In this document: positions 1 to 12,249 of the stretch, one piece after another
How positions within the stretch are numbered: the first letter of the stretch is position 1
Layout of the letters: each line of letters begins with the position of its first letter
DNA from: Octopus bimaculoides
Taxonomy: Eukaryota
DNA length: 43,637 bases
Direction of reading: 5' to 3'
Assembly (NCBI RefSeq): GCF_001194135.2
Contig: NC_068985.1
Coordinates: 83,309,718 to 83,353,354 of the forward strand
Translations under genes and position numbers: made by a program
The notes under the pieces: generated by a model
Databases searched by the model: none
The model's input: the letters and a program-made list of their open reading frames with translations, nothing else
Told to the model about the DNA's origin: nothing

Positions 1-69
<69 letters not shown>

Positions 70-410
70 ATATATCATAAATCTGTCTATCTATGTAGCT
101 ATCTATCCAACTATATATATACACACACAAATGCATGAGCAAATATATATATGTATAAGCATGCATTATGTGCATTATATGTGTGTGTGTGTGTGTATGT
201 ATATAAATGTGTGTGTGTGTATATATATGTGTGTGTGTGTGTGTGTGTATATATAATAAATCTATCCATCTACATTTGTCTATCTATCTACATGCAAATA
301 TATATGCTTATATGGAATATACATACTTACACACATATACACACGCATATATATATTTGTATCCACAACACACACACACACATAGATATAGATAGAAAAA
401 TAGATAGATG

Positions 411-463
<53 letters not shown>

Positions 464-470
464 ATAGATG
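1..470. repeat. Compound microsatellites (TA)n, (TG)n, (CA)n, (GATA)n
   Basis: Read directly: (TA)n(TG)n at 1-66, (TG)n at about 180-248, (GATA)n at about 385-470. Similar tracts recur throughout the window and generate most of the supplied ORFs. Confidence 0.98.
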
Positions 471-812
471 GATATCAGAAGTAGTAAAGTCATAGCATTG
501 TTTTGAATAAATTAGGTGATTAGTATGTTCAGTGTTCAGTGGACATGAAATCTCGCTATACTCTTGACAATTGACATTTGAAATATTCTACTTAGGAAAC
601 AATGAGTGGTTTTAATNNNNNNNNNNTATATATATAAATTTAGTAAATGGAGTAAATGAATTTTAAATGAATTCTTATATATATATATATATATTAGAAA
701 CAGAGAATAGACAAGGAAAACATGTGGCATTGCTTTAGAACCTTTAGACATCATCCCAAATAGTTATAGTAGACCATGTATATATGTATATATGTATATA
801 TGTGTGTGTGTG

Positions 813-845
<33 letters not shown>

Positions 846-2145
846 TGCATTGGCCTTTTGGCATCTTTTTCTTGCTCATGTTTTTCCTGTAGATATTGAC
901 CTGAATCAGGTTAAATGGACTAACAACATCAAGCTGATTGCTCCCAGATAACCTATAAAAGTAATGCTGACTGTCTCTTCTTAAGATATGACAAGTAAAA
1001 ATTAAAAACTGATTTTCTTTTTTCATAGGGCAATGATTTAAAATCTCTATCAGCTTTGTTTGTGTTGTCAAATACATAGTTCCAGAATAATGTGTGAATT
1101 TTTATTTTCTCTATTCTGTCAATACCTCACAAGCCATCATATTCTTAAATGAACCCTAAATAAACAGTTAAATGAAGTTTAGTAGTTGAGTAGCTTGATA
1201 GGATTGACTAGTAGAAATAACAGAAATTAGTAGTCATGTTCAGTAAAAACAAAATTTTTTACAGCCAGAACATCTAAATCCTGGTGCAGTGGAGATGGTA
1301 CTGGTTGAGAGTCCTGAATTGGTAGTGACATTTCAGCTGCACTAGAACATCCCTAATGCCTGATTATTATGTTCAATGTGGAAAATTAGTCTTATAGACT
1401 CTGTAAAAGAGGCAATGGGCTATGTCTTTTCCCTTGACTAAAAAATAAGATAATAAATACCACAAATTTTTGGCAAATATTCTGCGAGCTATGCCAACAG
1501 CACAGATTCACTTCAAATTTCTGAGACAGTTCATGTCACTTGCTTTACAATACCATTTTATTGCTGTTGTCAATATCTTGTAGAAGAACCCGGCTTACTC
1601 TTTTGCAGATGAGTTCTAATAAGGCAGAAAAACACCTGAAGTTGTCACCACACTGCCAAAGATTAAACTCACTTCTCTCCTGCATTCAATTTTTTGTTAT
1701 ATTTTAATATAAATTCTGGAGTTATCATCTCTTTAGCCTTTCTTGAATGGTATTAAGAAAGCAATTTTTTGACATCACTGTTGGTGTGCTTTCAGTTACT
1801 GAAAATTCCTTGCTTGACCTCATTACTTATGTTGCAACACACTTTACTATATAAAAATATGTATGTATAAGTGTGTGTTTGTGTGTGTGTTTGTGTATGT
1901 GTGTGTATGTGGATAGACAGACAGACAGATAGATAGATGGGCACACAAAAGCATATGTTTTTATAGATGTGAATATAATCTGTTTTACTCTATGTTTATC
2001 TGGATGTCTTTATAAATATATCTCTATACACTTATAATACTTTATGCATTTATAAATGTGTACATAACATGTAATTTTAATAGATTTTTCCCCCTTGTGT
2101 ATATGGATGTGTAATAAATACATTATATCTATTTTTTTTTACTAG

Positions 2146-2256
2146 GTCTGTTTCAAACTGATTGATGATCTGATGAACCAAATGAGCAGTGCTACGTTCT
2201 CTGCCATGACAAACACTGTTGAAATCATCACAGGACCTGACTGCATTCCACTTCAA
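2146..2256 (+). CDS. Internal coding exon of an unidentified host gene (VCFKLIDDLMNQMSSATFSAMTNTVEIITGPDCIPLQ)
   Basis: Acceptor attttttttactAG at 2144-2145 and consensus donor CAA|GTAAGT at 2257. The exon is 111 nt, open in phase 0-0, has normal protein composition, and is more GC-rich than its flanks. I do not recognise the protein. Confidence 0.75.
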
Positions 2257-4227
2257 GTAAGTCATTTTAATAGTTATTAAGATAAAAAAAACAAAAAAAC
2301 ATCTGTGCATGTATGTTTAGGAAGGATTGTTATACATTGGATGTCAATATACTAAAATTCATACATCACAGTATTAAAATACCCTCGCTCACTCCCTCTC
2401 TCTTCTTCTATCTGTCTAACTTTCTGTCTCTCTCTCGCTCTCTCTCACCAATTAATTTTCATAAAGTGAATTTGCTTAAGTCTTTCCTAGAACATTGTAA
2501 TTTGGGAGAAATACACTGCCAATGAACACACAAACACACTGATTGTAATTCACTGCTTGTCTTCAATTTTGCATAACACTGCTGTAACCTTCTCAATGGT
2601 TTCAAATTTTCCAACTTGAAATCGTTAGAAAGATCACTGATGTGTGGCGTGTGATGAATATTTTATGACAAATTAGTCAACAATAATACTAAACTGAAGT
2701 GAACTACTCTCATTGCTTGCATTTATTGGTAGTATACATGTCCCCAAACACAACACTATCAGTGCAGTACAAAGTTTTACATCAAGATTCTTGTAATACA
2801 AATTTTAGAGTATTTTTGTCAAATAATGTTGTTATTCATTAAATTCCTTTATAACTATATTGCCATGCAGGTGATTTTGAATAAGTAGCTTTGTAAATGT
2901 ATCTTTTTCAGTGTCATACTGCAGTTTAGAATGCAGTTTCATAGTTTGTAAGCCAGGAATAACTGGATTAAGAAGAACAGCCTCTACTTAAACAAGGCTA
3001 TATATATTATGAGAAAACTGGCTTTTAAATGATTATTGTTTTTCAACTAACCTCTCTTCACTAGCTGTAGATTCTATCTGTTACTGATTTTATTGTTGTC
3101 ATGCATGAAGTTTCAGTTGCTTCTGGGTTTGAAAAAATTATAAATTACACTGCTACCAGTTTTATAGATTACTATATTATTATAAGAAAGCATTTTTCTT
3201 ATCATATTTTTTTGTTGATAACATTTTAAAATTAATGAACTGAGAATATTTAATTAAATGAAACAATGTGTTATTTCATGTATTCATATTTGCATGATTT
3301 TCTTTTAAATTTGAAAAAAACATTCATCATGTCCAATATATTTTGATGAAATCAAAATTTAAAAAATGGAGATTACAGATTTCATGTTTTATTTCCAAGT
3401 AAGGATTTATCCAGGTAAGTTTGGTGAAAATGATATTTCCTTTCATTTTAAACTTTCTAATTATATTTTGTAAAGTTTTGGTTCACCAAGATGGAAATTG
3501 CTTACTAAAATTTTACCAAGTTGAGAAATTATTCTGATGTGATAATTTATTCCATTTCATGAAAATTTTGTACTTATGATTAGCTGAGGTTGACCAACAC
3601 TACTTTCTTAGGATTTTACTGTTTCTGTCACAACATAATTTCCTTAAACTATGGTATTTTCCTCTATATAATCATGTCAAACTCTTCAGTATGCTTTTTA
3701 AATCTTTAGCATGTTTTAATGACAATGTTTAAGACCATACTGGAGCACAAGCTTTATCCAATATATCATCACTATATGAAAATTACTAAACATTCTTGGT
3801 ATAAATCATTGCAGAATAATTAAGCACATTTACCAATAACTAACTTCACCCAACTCCCCATTAAGATTTCATTTGAAATATCAAAGACTCAGACTTTTAG
3901 GGCACTCTTCATTGACCTCACACATACCTTATGTCATATCTATGGTGGCCTGCTACATTGATTGGTTTTAATTAATTACCAAGAATACCTACCACTCTAA
4001 AATGGTTTGCATTTATCTAATTACTTCTTTATTATCCCTATCTCATTCTTCCACCCACTTCAGAATAAGTTATATTCCTCTATGATTGTTCTTTTTCAAT
4101 ATTTTCAAATTTTTGCTGCATTCAAAACTAAAAGATTAAGTAACTTCTGTCTCAGTATATATATATATACTTTATTTGTGAATTAAGGCTACCATTGTTT
4201 TCATGTTACATAAATATCTTAATATCT

Positions 4228-4342
4228 TAACAAATTTTCAAACCAGCGACATGGAGGAATGGTGCTTGCCTCAATTTTGGTGTTTTGATCCAAAATGGAG
4301 ACAAACGCCATTCATCCATATGATCGGTTTGAAAACTTGTTA
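4228..4342. repeat. Palindromic hairpin / small MITE-like element (53-bp arms, 9-nt loop)
   Basis: Arm 4228-4280 (taacaaattttcaaacc...caattttgg) matches the reverse complement of 4290-4342 at roughly 80%. Confidence 0.85.
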
Positions 4343-4492
4343 ATATATTTAGAATTATTCTTGACATGAAACCAATGGTAACCTTAACACACAAATAAAG
4401 AATCTTTATCCACAAGTGCAGTGTTGAGCACTTATTCTCAGTGTTCGACATTTGCATGCGTGTGTGCATATACATATATATACACACACACA

Positions 4493-5501
4493 CAGTGGGG
4501 GGCACAGTTCCACTAATCTGCTAACAGCTAATTAGCAAACCTAACTTATAGTTTAGCAGATTAGTACTTTCACTAACTTTAGAAATTATTAGCAGACCAA
4601 TTAGCTGCCACTAAATTTAGTTCCACTCACTTTAAGTCCACTAACAAAATTTATAAATTTGTTCCTGTCTGTTTTGGGCATGTCTCAAAGAGTCCATCAG
4701 GCACGCTACTGGCTGACTATGCGTATACGTGGCAAGATGTGATTGGTTGATACAGCAACAGCTAGCTGAGCAGCATTGTGTAATTCTGCAGTTTTGAGTT
4801 GTGTTCACTTACGATGTTGTCACATTACATACAGTCTTAAAGTGTTGGCAACAGCAGTGTACAAGTTATCACTTATTGTTATGGAAAGTGAAGACATTTT
4901 TGTTTTGCCTGAGGATGAATGGCCTGTTGATGAGTCTGCAATGGCTGTGGGTGCGACAGAGGTCACTCAGGTTGAGTGCCAAGAGTCTCAGAACCCGTGG
5001 CCCCACCCGGAGGGCTATTTTATCCTTATGTCAAGGGATAAGAGGAATGCCAAAATTCTGTACTTCTGGTGTGTCACATGCCAGCCCATTGAGATCACCA
5101 TGAAAGGACAAGGGGCAAGCCTCTACAACTTGAAGTTGCATGTCAAAAGGAAACACCCAGCACATGCCATCCAGTTTGAAGAGGGGATCAAGGCTCTTCC
5201 CGTGGGAAACATAAACAATCTTCTGATAGCAGTGCTTGTAGCCAGTCATTACAGCCATGAGCAAAGAAAGTTCACCAACCCAGCATTGGTGAAGCATTTT
5301 TCCAAACTGCTGGCCCAAACTGATGGACAGAAGGATTGTAGACCTGTTTGTTGACAACATGCTACCACTGCATGTAGTGGAGTCCCCCACCTTGGTCAAC
5401 ATGATCAAGACGCTGAACCCCACCAAGATGTCAGTGTCCCACCGCACTCTGGGCAGGAGGATTTTGGCCAGCCATAAACAACTGGAGGAGTATCTTATAA
5501 G
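4493..5501 (+). mobile_element. hAT-superfamily DNA transposon, 5' portion (terminus, subterminal repeats, start of transposase)
   Basis: Begins cagtggggggcac, followed by repeated ccactaa/gctaa subterminal motifs. The transposase reading frame begins at ATG 4881. The 3' part was not found. Confidence 0.8.
4881..5501 (+). pseudogene. Frameshifted hAT transposase N-terminus with BED zinc finger
   Basis: NPWPHPEGYF...CVTCQP...NLKLHVKRKHP gives a C-x2-C...H-x4-H BED-type finger. A second frame gives DRRIVDLFVDNMLPLHVVESPTLVNMIKTLNP...RTLGRRI, typical of the post-BED region of hAT transposases. There is a possible donor AG|gtattt at 5502 followed by AT-rich intron-like DNA. Confidence 0.8.
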
Positions 5502-6504
5502 GTATTTACAAATTAAAATTATACAAGATTATTAAATTATTATTATGGCGTAGTTCATATTTTCTTAATTTTATTTAATTATTTACTAAATAATTATTTT
5601 CTTAATATAATAAAATGTATAATAGCTAACTGAAATAAATGTCATAATATATAATATACAATATATATAAATATATTCCACTCATGATTAAGTCTGCACA
5701 GCCAAAACAGCAGTCTTTAATGAAATAATGAATAAATGAACCTTAAGTTCTGAACTTATCCAATTCCGACCATCATTCCATCTCCCATCTTGGTTATTCA
5801 TTCACACTCCAATATGTCACCTATCAAGGTAGTATCACTATTTTCAAAAGTTTAATAGCAAGGCTTTAAATTATAAGCAATATTTCTATGAATTTAGGAC
5901 AGCCTAGTAAAAAATGTTAAACTAAAATGTGTGTGATTTCTATAAACAGAATATGGTTATAAGATACTGCGATCAAATGTCCTGCCTCCTTCCTACCTGC
6001 AAAAAATTGTACAAACCACATGCTCACAAAAACCATTACAGCTTGTGGGAAGAAGTGGATGACAGGCTAGTTTTTGTTTTTATATAGCGACTGTGAATTA
6101 TTTCCTTGTTGGTTTTAAATTGTTTTTAGCTACCTTGATTATTTTATAATTTTCACATTGCCATTTTGTAAAATCAGTCACTGATTCCAATGGCATTCTC
6201 CATGATATTGATAGGGTGAGGTGGCCTTTACCAGCATTAGAGATGAGTATTAATTTCCTATACAAAATTAGCATGCTAATCTATTGCATCTTGCTCACAG
6301 TGGAGAGGGTTTTCTCCCCTTTCAATACAAAGAGACCATGTGCTTTTATAGCTAAGGAGTCTACAACTCCTATTTCTAGCAATGCTGGTGCTCACTGCAC
6401 CCTTGTCACTCTTAGTGATAGTGAATTATTTCCTTTCTGGTTTTAAATTGCTGCTAGCCACTTTGATTATTATACACACACACACGCACACATATATAAC
6501 GTTA

Positions 6505-7716
6505 GACTGAGGGTCACCTTACAAATTGTTGCCTTGGAAATGCAGAATTCCCTCAGCAGTTACATGTAGGTAACTAGTTTAAGGTCTGTGTAGATGTACA
6601 CTTTCTTAATTTATAGCATAAGGAAGCATGGGGGTTTCTCTAAATAGGAATATAAAACCTGAATATTAAAAATACTAAAATCTTTTAGAAAAGGATACTT
6701 AAAGAAACATAATCAATTTGTGGTTCTATACATAGTGACATCTAGGGTGTATGGAGGATTGAACCAAGTTTCTTTTTTTTATCAAACTGTCTTAGGGATA
6801 AGAGTTATGCACTGTTGCATATTCTCTAACCTCTCACTAGATACTGCTTTGTTGAAGATATCTCTATCTGAAGATAAACTGAAAATTCTTTTCCTAAATA
6901 TAGCTACTAAGCTTTTAATTATAGTTTAGAATATTGTTGGAATTCCAATGAATATATACAATTTGCTCATTAGTCTTTTCTTGTAGATGTAATAACTACC
7001 TGTTTTGAAGCAGGGCTAAAGTAAAAATGCTCATGAAGTTGATTGGTTAAGTTGGGGGTGATGGTTATGTTTATACAAAACTTCTCGACGATTCCTATTA
7101 AGTTGTTTCTAAATCTATGGCACAGACAGAATCTTGAAATTGCCAGACTGTTGTTTCTGTACAAACCCAAGATGTGGATTTATATGCACTCTTTGAAGGT
7201 ATCCAGTATATAATCCAATAAGATCTGCAATTTCAGCTCTATTGTGGTACCCTTTAGCAATGTCAGACAAAAGAGCTCAATCCACTTTGACTGAGTACGA
7301 GCTATAATGACACAGCCATGGCTTCTTAGCATTGTTCATGACTATTTTGATATTGAGGTCACTAATCCTTGTGAATTGCTTCCCAAAGTCCTTGATTTTC
7401 AGATGAAAGGAGATATTGATATGAAATGATAACAATCTATGATATCAAACTAAATGAATTTTCAGTTTCATTATCTTATTCCAATGGCTCCTCTGATATG
7501 GAAATTGATTGTGTTATGATTAAGCTTACTTATTATGCTTATCTTATATTGAGAAGGGTTAATTAGCATATATTTCAGGTGAGACAAAAATTCAGCTAAA
7601 TGGTACTTAAGGGTGATGTAGGTGGAGTGTACATCTTGAGGTATTCTACACAATCTTCTATTATATTTACCCTCTGCAACACATTGAATACTCTTTACAT
7701 TTGTTTGTTCACCTAT

Positions 7717-7720
<4 letters not shown>
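6505..7720 (-). mobile_element. Decayed Penelope-like retroelement (RT, linker, start of GIY-YIG region)
   Basis: Minus-strand frames give, in the expected order: YITLKYH...LINPSQ.KISIISK; FI*FDIIDCY; RAEIADLIGLY; LGLYRNNSLA (degenerate GLYRDDGLA); IIKSL...KRIFSLSSDRDIFNKA; WFNPPY; TCNC; SKATICKVT. These match PLE motifs. There are many stops and frameshifts. Confidence 0.8.
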
Positions 7721-7756
<36 letters not shown>

Positions 7757-7800
7757 NNNNNNNNNNNNNNNNNNNNNNNNNNNNNNNNNNNNNNNNNNNN

Positions 7801-7848
<48 letters not shown>

Positions 7849-8369
7849 TACATCTTGTAAGAGTTCTACTAGCCATTTAATTACTAAGTTGTTAAATTTG
7901 AAATTATTTCATCACATAACAAAATTTTTGTGGCAAAAATTGAATTGCAGTCTGGTCAGTGACACAGTTCTATTGAGTTGCAGTAGAAGAACTGTACCAA
8001 TTCCACTGCAACATGATATCGCTTGAAATAAATAAATGCTAACATGTTGTGATATAAATTTTTAACTTAAAGTGAATTTAGAAGCTTTGTATGTTATTAA
8101 ATGACGAGAACAGCTTGCTCATAATGCCACTTCAGAATCAACACATGATCTCATACCAAGTTGCTTGATAGACATGTACAAGTCTGAAATATACATCTGG
8201 AAAATGGGGTAAATTGCAATTGTTATCATGAACAAAATGAAGTGTGCTCAATATATGTCATAATGAGATATGCATTTTATCATGTAGTAGCTGGAGTTTG
8301 CTACTAATCCATAATTTCAAGTTTTATGTCTCTAACAGGTTCTTCACATATAATAATTTTCATTGGGAT

Positions 8370-8459
<90 letters not shown>

Positions 8460-8471
8460 TACATACACACA

Positions 8472-9751
8472 TATGGGTTCATGATTTAAGTAATGTGGTT
8501 TTTTCAATTGCATGAAATAAAAGTTGGAGGAGGCATGATAAACTACCTGTATCAACTTCCTATAGAAGCAGGTAGTAATTTTACCTTGTACTTATTCTTA
8601 GTGCAAGTTTTGAAGAGTGCAGTTCGATTTTAACAGTTATTTTTTCAAAGCTATAATGTAAGTGACAAAGGAGCATATTCGGCATATTTTGCTTTATGAG
8701 TTCAATAAAAGCAACAACGCAATGGAAAGTGTAAGAAACATTAATGCAGTATATGGGGACTGAACAATAAGCATATGCTAATGTCAATGGTGGTTCCAGA
8801 AATTCTGAGATGGAAACTATAGCCTAGAAGACAAGCCTCATCCTGGAAGATCTATAGAACTCGACGAGGACATCCTGCAAACCCTGTCAGAACAAAATCC
8901 CATTGTAACTGTTGAGGAACTAGCAGAGAAGCTTGGATTTGGTCATTCAAACATTCGTCAACACCTGCGTGCCATCAGAAATGTCAGCAAATTACATCAA
9001 TGGGTTCCTCATAAACTTTCCAAGTCAAAGCACATGTAGAGAGTGAATGTGTGCTCTTCTTTGTTGTTACATCTCTCAAATGAACCATTTTTGGACAGAA
9101 TAGAGACTGTTGATGAGAAATGGGTTCTCTATAAAATTGTCAGGCACTGGAGACAGTCTGTAGGGAAAGGAGAAACACCAGCACCCCAGGGTAAAGAAGG
9201 TCTTCCTCCATGTAAGGTGTTATCTGTTTGGTGGTATATGAAAGGTGTAGTCCATTTTGAACTTTTAAACCCAAACCAAATGATAACAAAGGAGATCTAC
9301 TGTGAGTAGCTTGAGTGGCTTATGTCAGTGCGAGAAGGAAAATGACCATCTTCGATTTCAGGATGAAAGGTGTTCTTCCATCAGGATAATGCTCAGCCAC
9401 ATACAGCAAGGATGACATTCCAAGGGCTGGAGCAGTTTGAATGGGAAACGATGCCTACCCACCACATTCGTTGGACATTGCTCCATCTGATTATCATTTA
9501 TTTCGCAGTCTTCAAAATCATTTCGATGGAAAATATATGAATTCTGTAGACGAGGTCAGAACAGTACTGGAGGTGTATTTTTCGTCATGGACAAGTGAAT
9601 TTTAGAAGAGGGGCTTGCAAGTCTACCAGATGGAAAGAAGAGCAGTGTAGAAAATGAAGGAGAGTATATTTTAGATTAAAAAAACTTTATCTTAATTTAG
9701 AAAAATAAAAGAAGTATTAAAAAACTGTATTATTCATGGGATTATCCAATA
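8472..9751 (+). mobile_element. Full-length mariner (DD34D) element, about 1.28 kb, TA flanks, degenerate TIRs
   Basis: TA at 8472-8473 and 9750-9751. Left end tatgggttcatgatttaagtaatgtggtttt is imperfectly inverted relative to right end aaaactgtattattcatgggattatccaata. The transposase lies in between. Confidence 0.92.
8656..9679 (+). pseudogene. Inactivated mariner transposase (about 340 codons)
   Basis: M*VTKEHIRHILLYEF...EDKPHPGRS...WVPHKL...IETVDEKWVLY...HQDNAQPH...DIAPSDYHLF...EGEYILD*. There are 34 residues between the second and third catalytic D, plus multiple stops and frameshifts. Confidence 0.92.
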
Positions 9752-10167
9752 TGTACTGGCATACATACATACCTATGTATGTTTGTGTGTGTGTGTGTGT
9801 GTGTGTGTGCATATGTGTGTGTGCATATGTGTGTGTGTATACATACATACATATGCACATACATACACATATATGTATTGTTGATATTATAAGAATGCCT
9901 GGTATGTTTACAGATGTGGGCTCAAATCCCAAGAGCAGCCTTTGACTTTCTCTGTACCAAAGGATTTTTTAACCCAATATTTAGACATTATTATTTCCAG
10001 ATCTATTTGCTTTAAGATCCACTGTTCCAATAAAGAATTATATATATATATATATAAGACATTATCATCCTAATTGTTGACATGATTCAGAAACTGAGTC
10101 AATGCACACATTTGTGCATACAGATGTCCAACAATACATGCATGATATATATATATATATATAGGCA

Positions 10168-10733
10168 AATTTGTTGTTGAAAATACACTTAAATTTGAAA
10201 AACTTGCAATTGTTTAAATTAAATTTATTTACATATATACCAAACTAGTTTCAACAATATTTTTTGTTTATCAATGGTAAAAATTTTAAATTATGAATTA
10301 GAAGAACATCATTAAATGTTTCAATGTTAACAAATTAAAATGTTATTAACAGAAAAATTTAGAATTAGGAATTAGGAAAGCATGTTCAGAAATTTCGATG
10401 TTGACAAGTTTAAATGTTCATAACAGTCAATAATATTATAACTGTACATCTACTTGTTTGAAGGTACAATGCTCATTAATGTTAGTATTGATCAACAAGA
10501 AATGAATATGCTCAAAGTTTCAGTCATACTGAGTTAAGAGGGAAAAAACCAAGGGAGAAATGCAGATAGTAAAAAAAAAAGTGATTTGGTTTACAGTTTC
10601 TCTGATGTAATTTTAAATCTTTATCATTGATAAACAAACAATATTGCTGAAACTAGTTGGGTATATATGTAAATAGATTTATTTTAAACAATTACAAATT
10701 TTTCTAATTTAGGTGCATTTTCAACAACAAAAT
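10168..10733. mobile_element. Fold-back / MITE-like element with about 125-bp terminal inverted repeats
   Basis: 10168-10292 matches the reverse complement of 10609-10733 at roughly 85-90%. The spacer is about 315 bp and the flanks are (TA)n. Confidence 0.85.
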
Positions 10734-11929
10734 ATATATACGTCCATACACTAACATACATGCAAAATTTTGCACTAAAGAGAAGACATTGTCAATAATC
10801 ATTTTTAAGAATATAAATACTTTTTTTCCTAGGGAAATTAATAAGTTTAAATAATAGCATTATTTTTATCTCGTTTAAAAATGTCCCATTGTCTTTCATG
10901 CAGAAATCCATAGTTATTTTTGTTTTTTTAGTATACCTGTCTCCTGTATTTTACTGAACATGACTTAAATCTAGAAACTTCCTGTATAAAATTTCTGTAG
11001 TGAAGATGAATCTTTTTCTGTTTCTTTTATGCTTTTAGCTTTATGATTTTTTTTCAATAAGGATGTATTCATTACAGATTTTACTATTGATTATATATAC
11101 CTATATTAGTCAATTTTAGTAAATAATTTAACATTCTACTTGAATAAATAAATAACTATGTTTGTAGATGGTTAAACTACATTTAAATCAAAAACTGAAA
11201 GACTGAACAGTAGCAAGTGCTATGAGAGAAAGAACCACCTAAAATAAAAATTAAAATAACAAATAGTAAAATAAATATAAAAGACATCATCAATTTGTAC
11301 CAAAGTGCATTGACTAATGTAAGTGATTCTAGAGGCTGTGCAATAAAATTTACTGAATGGTTGATTTGTGTATGAGAGAGAGAACTAGTGAGTTTATGTG
11401 TATCTGAGAGATATAGTGAGTGTTCATGTATGTATTTGAATTTGTGTATACATGAGAAAAATAGTGTGCACGTGATAGATAAGTAGCGTGTGCATGTCTG
11501 AGAAAGTGTTTATGAGTTTGTGCATGGGAGAAACAGTCTGTGTGCGTGTGTGTGTGTGTGTGTGTTTAATATATTATTAATGGTGTGAATTCACTAAATA
11601 ATTAGCTGTTCCTTGAAGCAAAGTGTCGTACGCTTATGTTTCAATTTCTGGCCGGAAATCTATTCAGCAAAAACCACTCGCTCAAAGCTTTTATACTAGG
11701 CTCTTGAGTTTTAATTTATGGTTAGTTATTTAGTAAACAAGAATTTTCCCTCAAAAATGCCTTATTTATATTTATTTTATTTATTTTGCTCTGAGTAGAC
11801 AAAATAGAAAGAAGTCACACCAGAAAAATTACTAAAATATGAACTTCGTTCAAATTTCCACTACTTCTGATGAAATATGTACTTGCTCAGAGCTTGGAGA
11901 AACAAAATTAAAAAGTAATTCATTTTGAA

Positions 11930-12170
11930 GAGTACAAGCTAATGAGAGAGTCTCTACCAGGTCATTGGTATGTTTAGAAATAACGGTTAAATTTCCTGAA
12001 ATCCCATTTTATGGTCCAAATACAAGAAAGACACATTAATAATGTAGTCCTAGACTTACAAAAAGCAAAGATAATTAAAACTGGAATGCCTTTAGTCATG
12101 GGTATTTTGTATGGTTGTGATAGTTAAACAAAAAAGGGTGAAACAACTACAACATCAACAAAATATCTTG
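11930..12170 (+). mobile_element. Degenerate interspersed repeat with CAA-rich tail (SINE/LINE 3' end)
   Basis: ggaatgccttt motif followed by a caac-rich tail; the related copy at about 42650-42730 has aaatgcctttgatc...gagctaaa(caa)n. Confidence 0.4.
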
Positions 12171-12249
12171 AAAGCAAAAATCAATTCTTTTCCTTTCCAA
12201 AGTATCCATACAACTAGAACACATCTCCGGGTTTTTCCTACAGTTGAGG

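Noticed and set aside
38-493. Many supplied ORFs rich in CV/YI/HT/LS/N/I runs (also at 13.2-13.9, 16.1-16.7, 26.5-27.0, 31.1-32.4, 36.0-36.8, 38.6-40.6 kb and elsewhere)
   Set aside because: They are translations of dinucleotide, trinucleotide and tetranucleotide microsatellites, or read through N gaps. They are not genes.
893-1340. Possible small + strand exons upstream of 2146 (acceptors at about 892, 1029 and 1264)
   Set aside because: The acceptors look reasonable, but the donors are weak or the frames hit stops. I cannot choose among them without RNA data.
1400-1680. Minus-strand similarity to a Gypsy integrase core (NGIVKQV...EYLPKI)
   Set aside because: It needs several stops and frameshifts, and the resemblance is too weak to call.
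3379-3420. Perfect donor CCAG|GTAAGT at 3415
   Set aside because: Nearby acceptors give an in-frame stop in the phase required after the 2146 exon, so there is no coherent exon.
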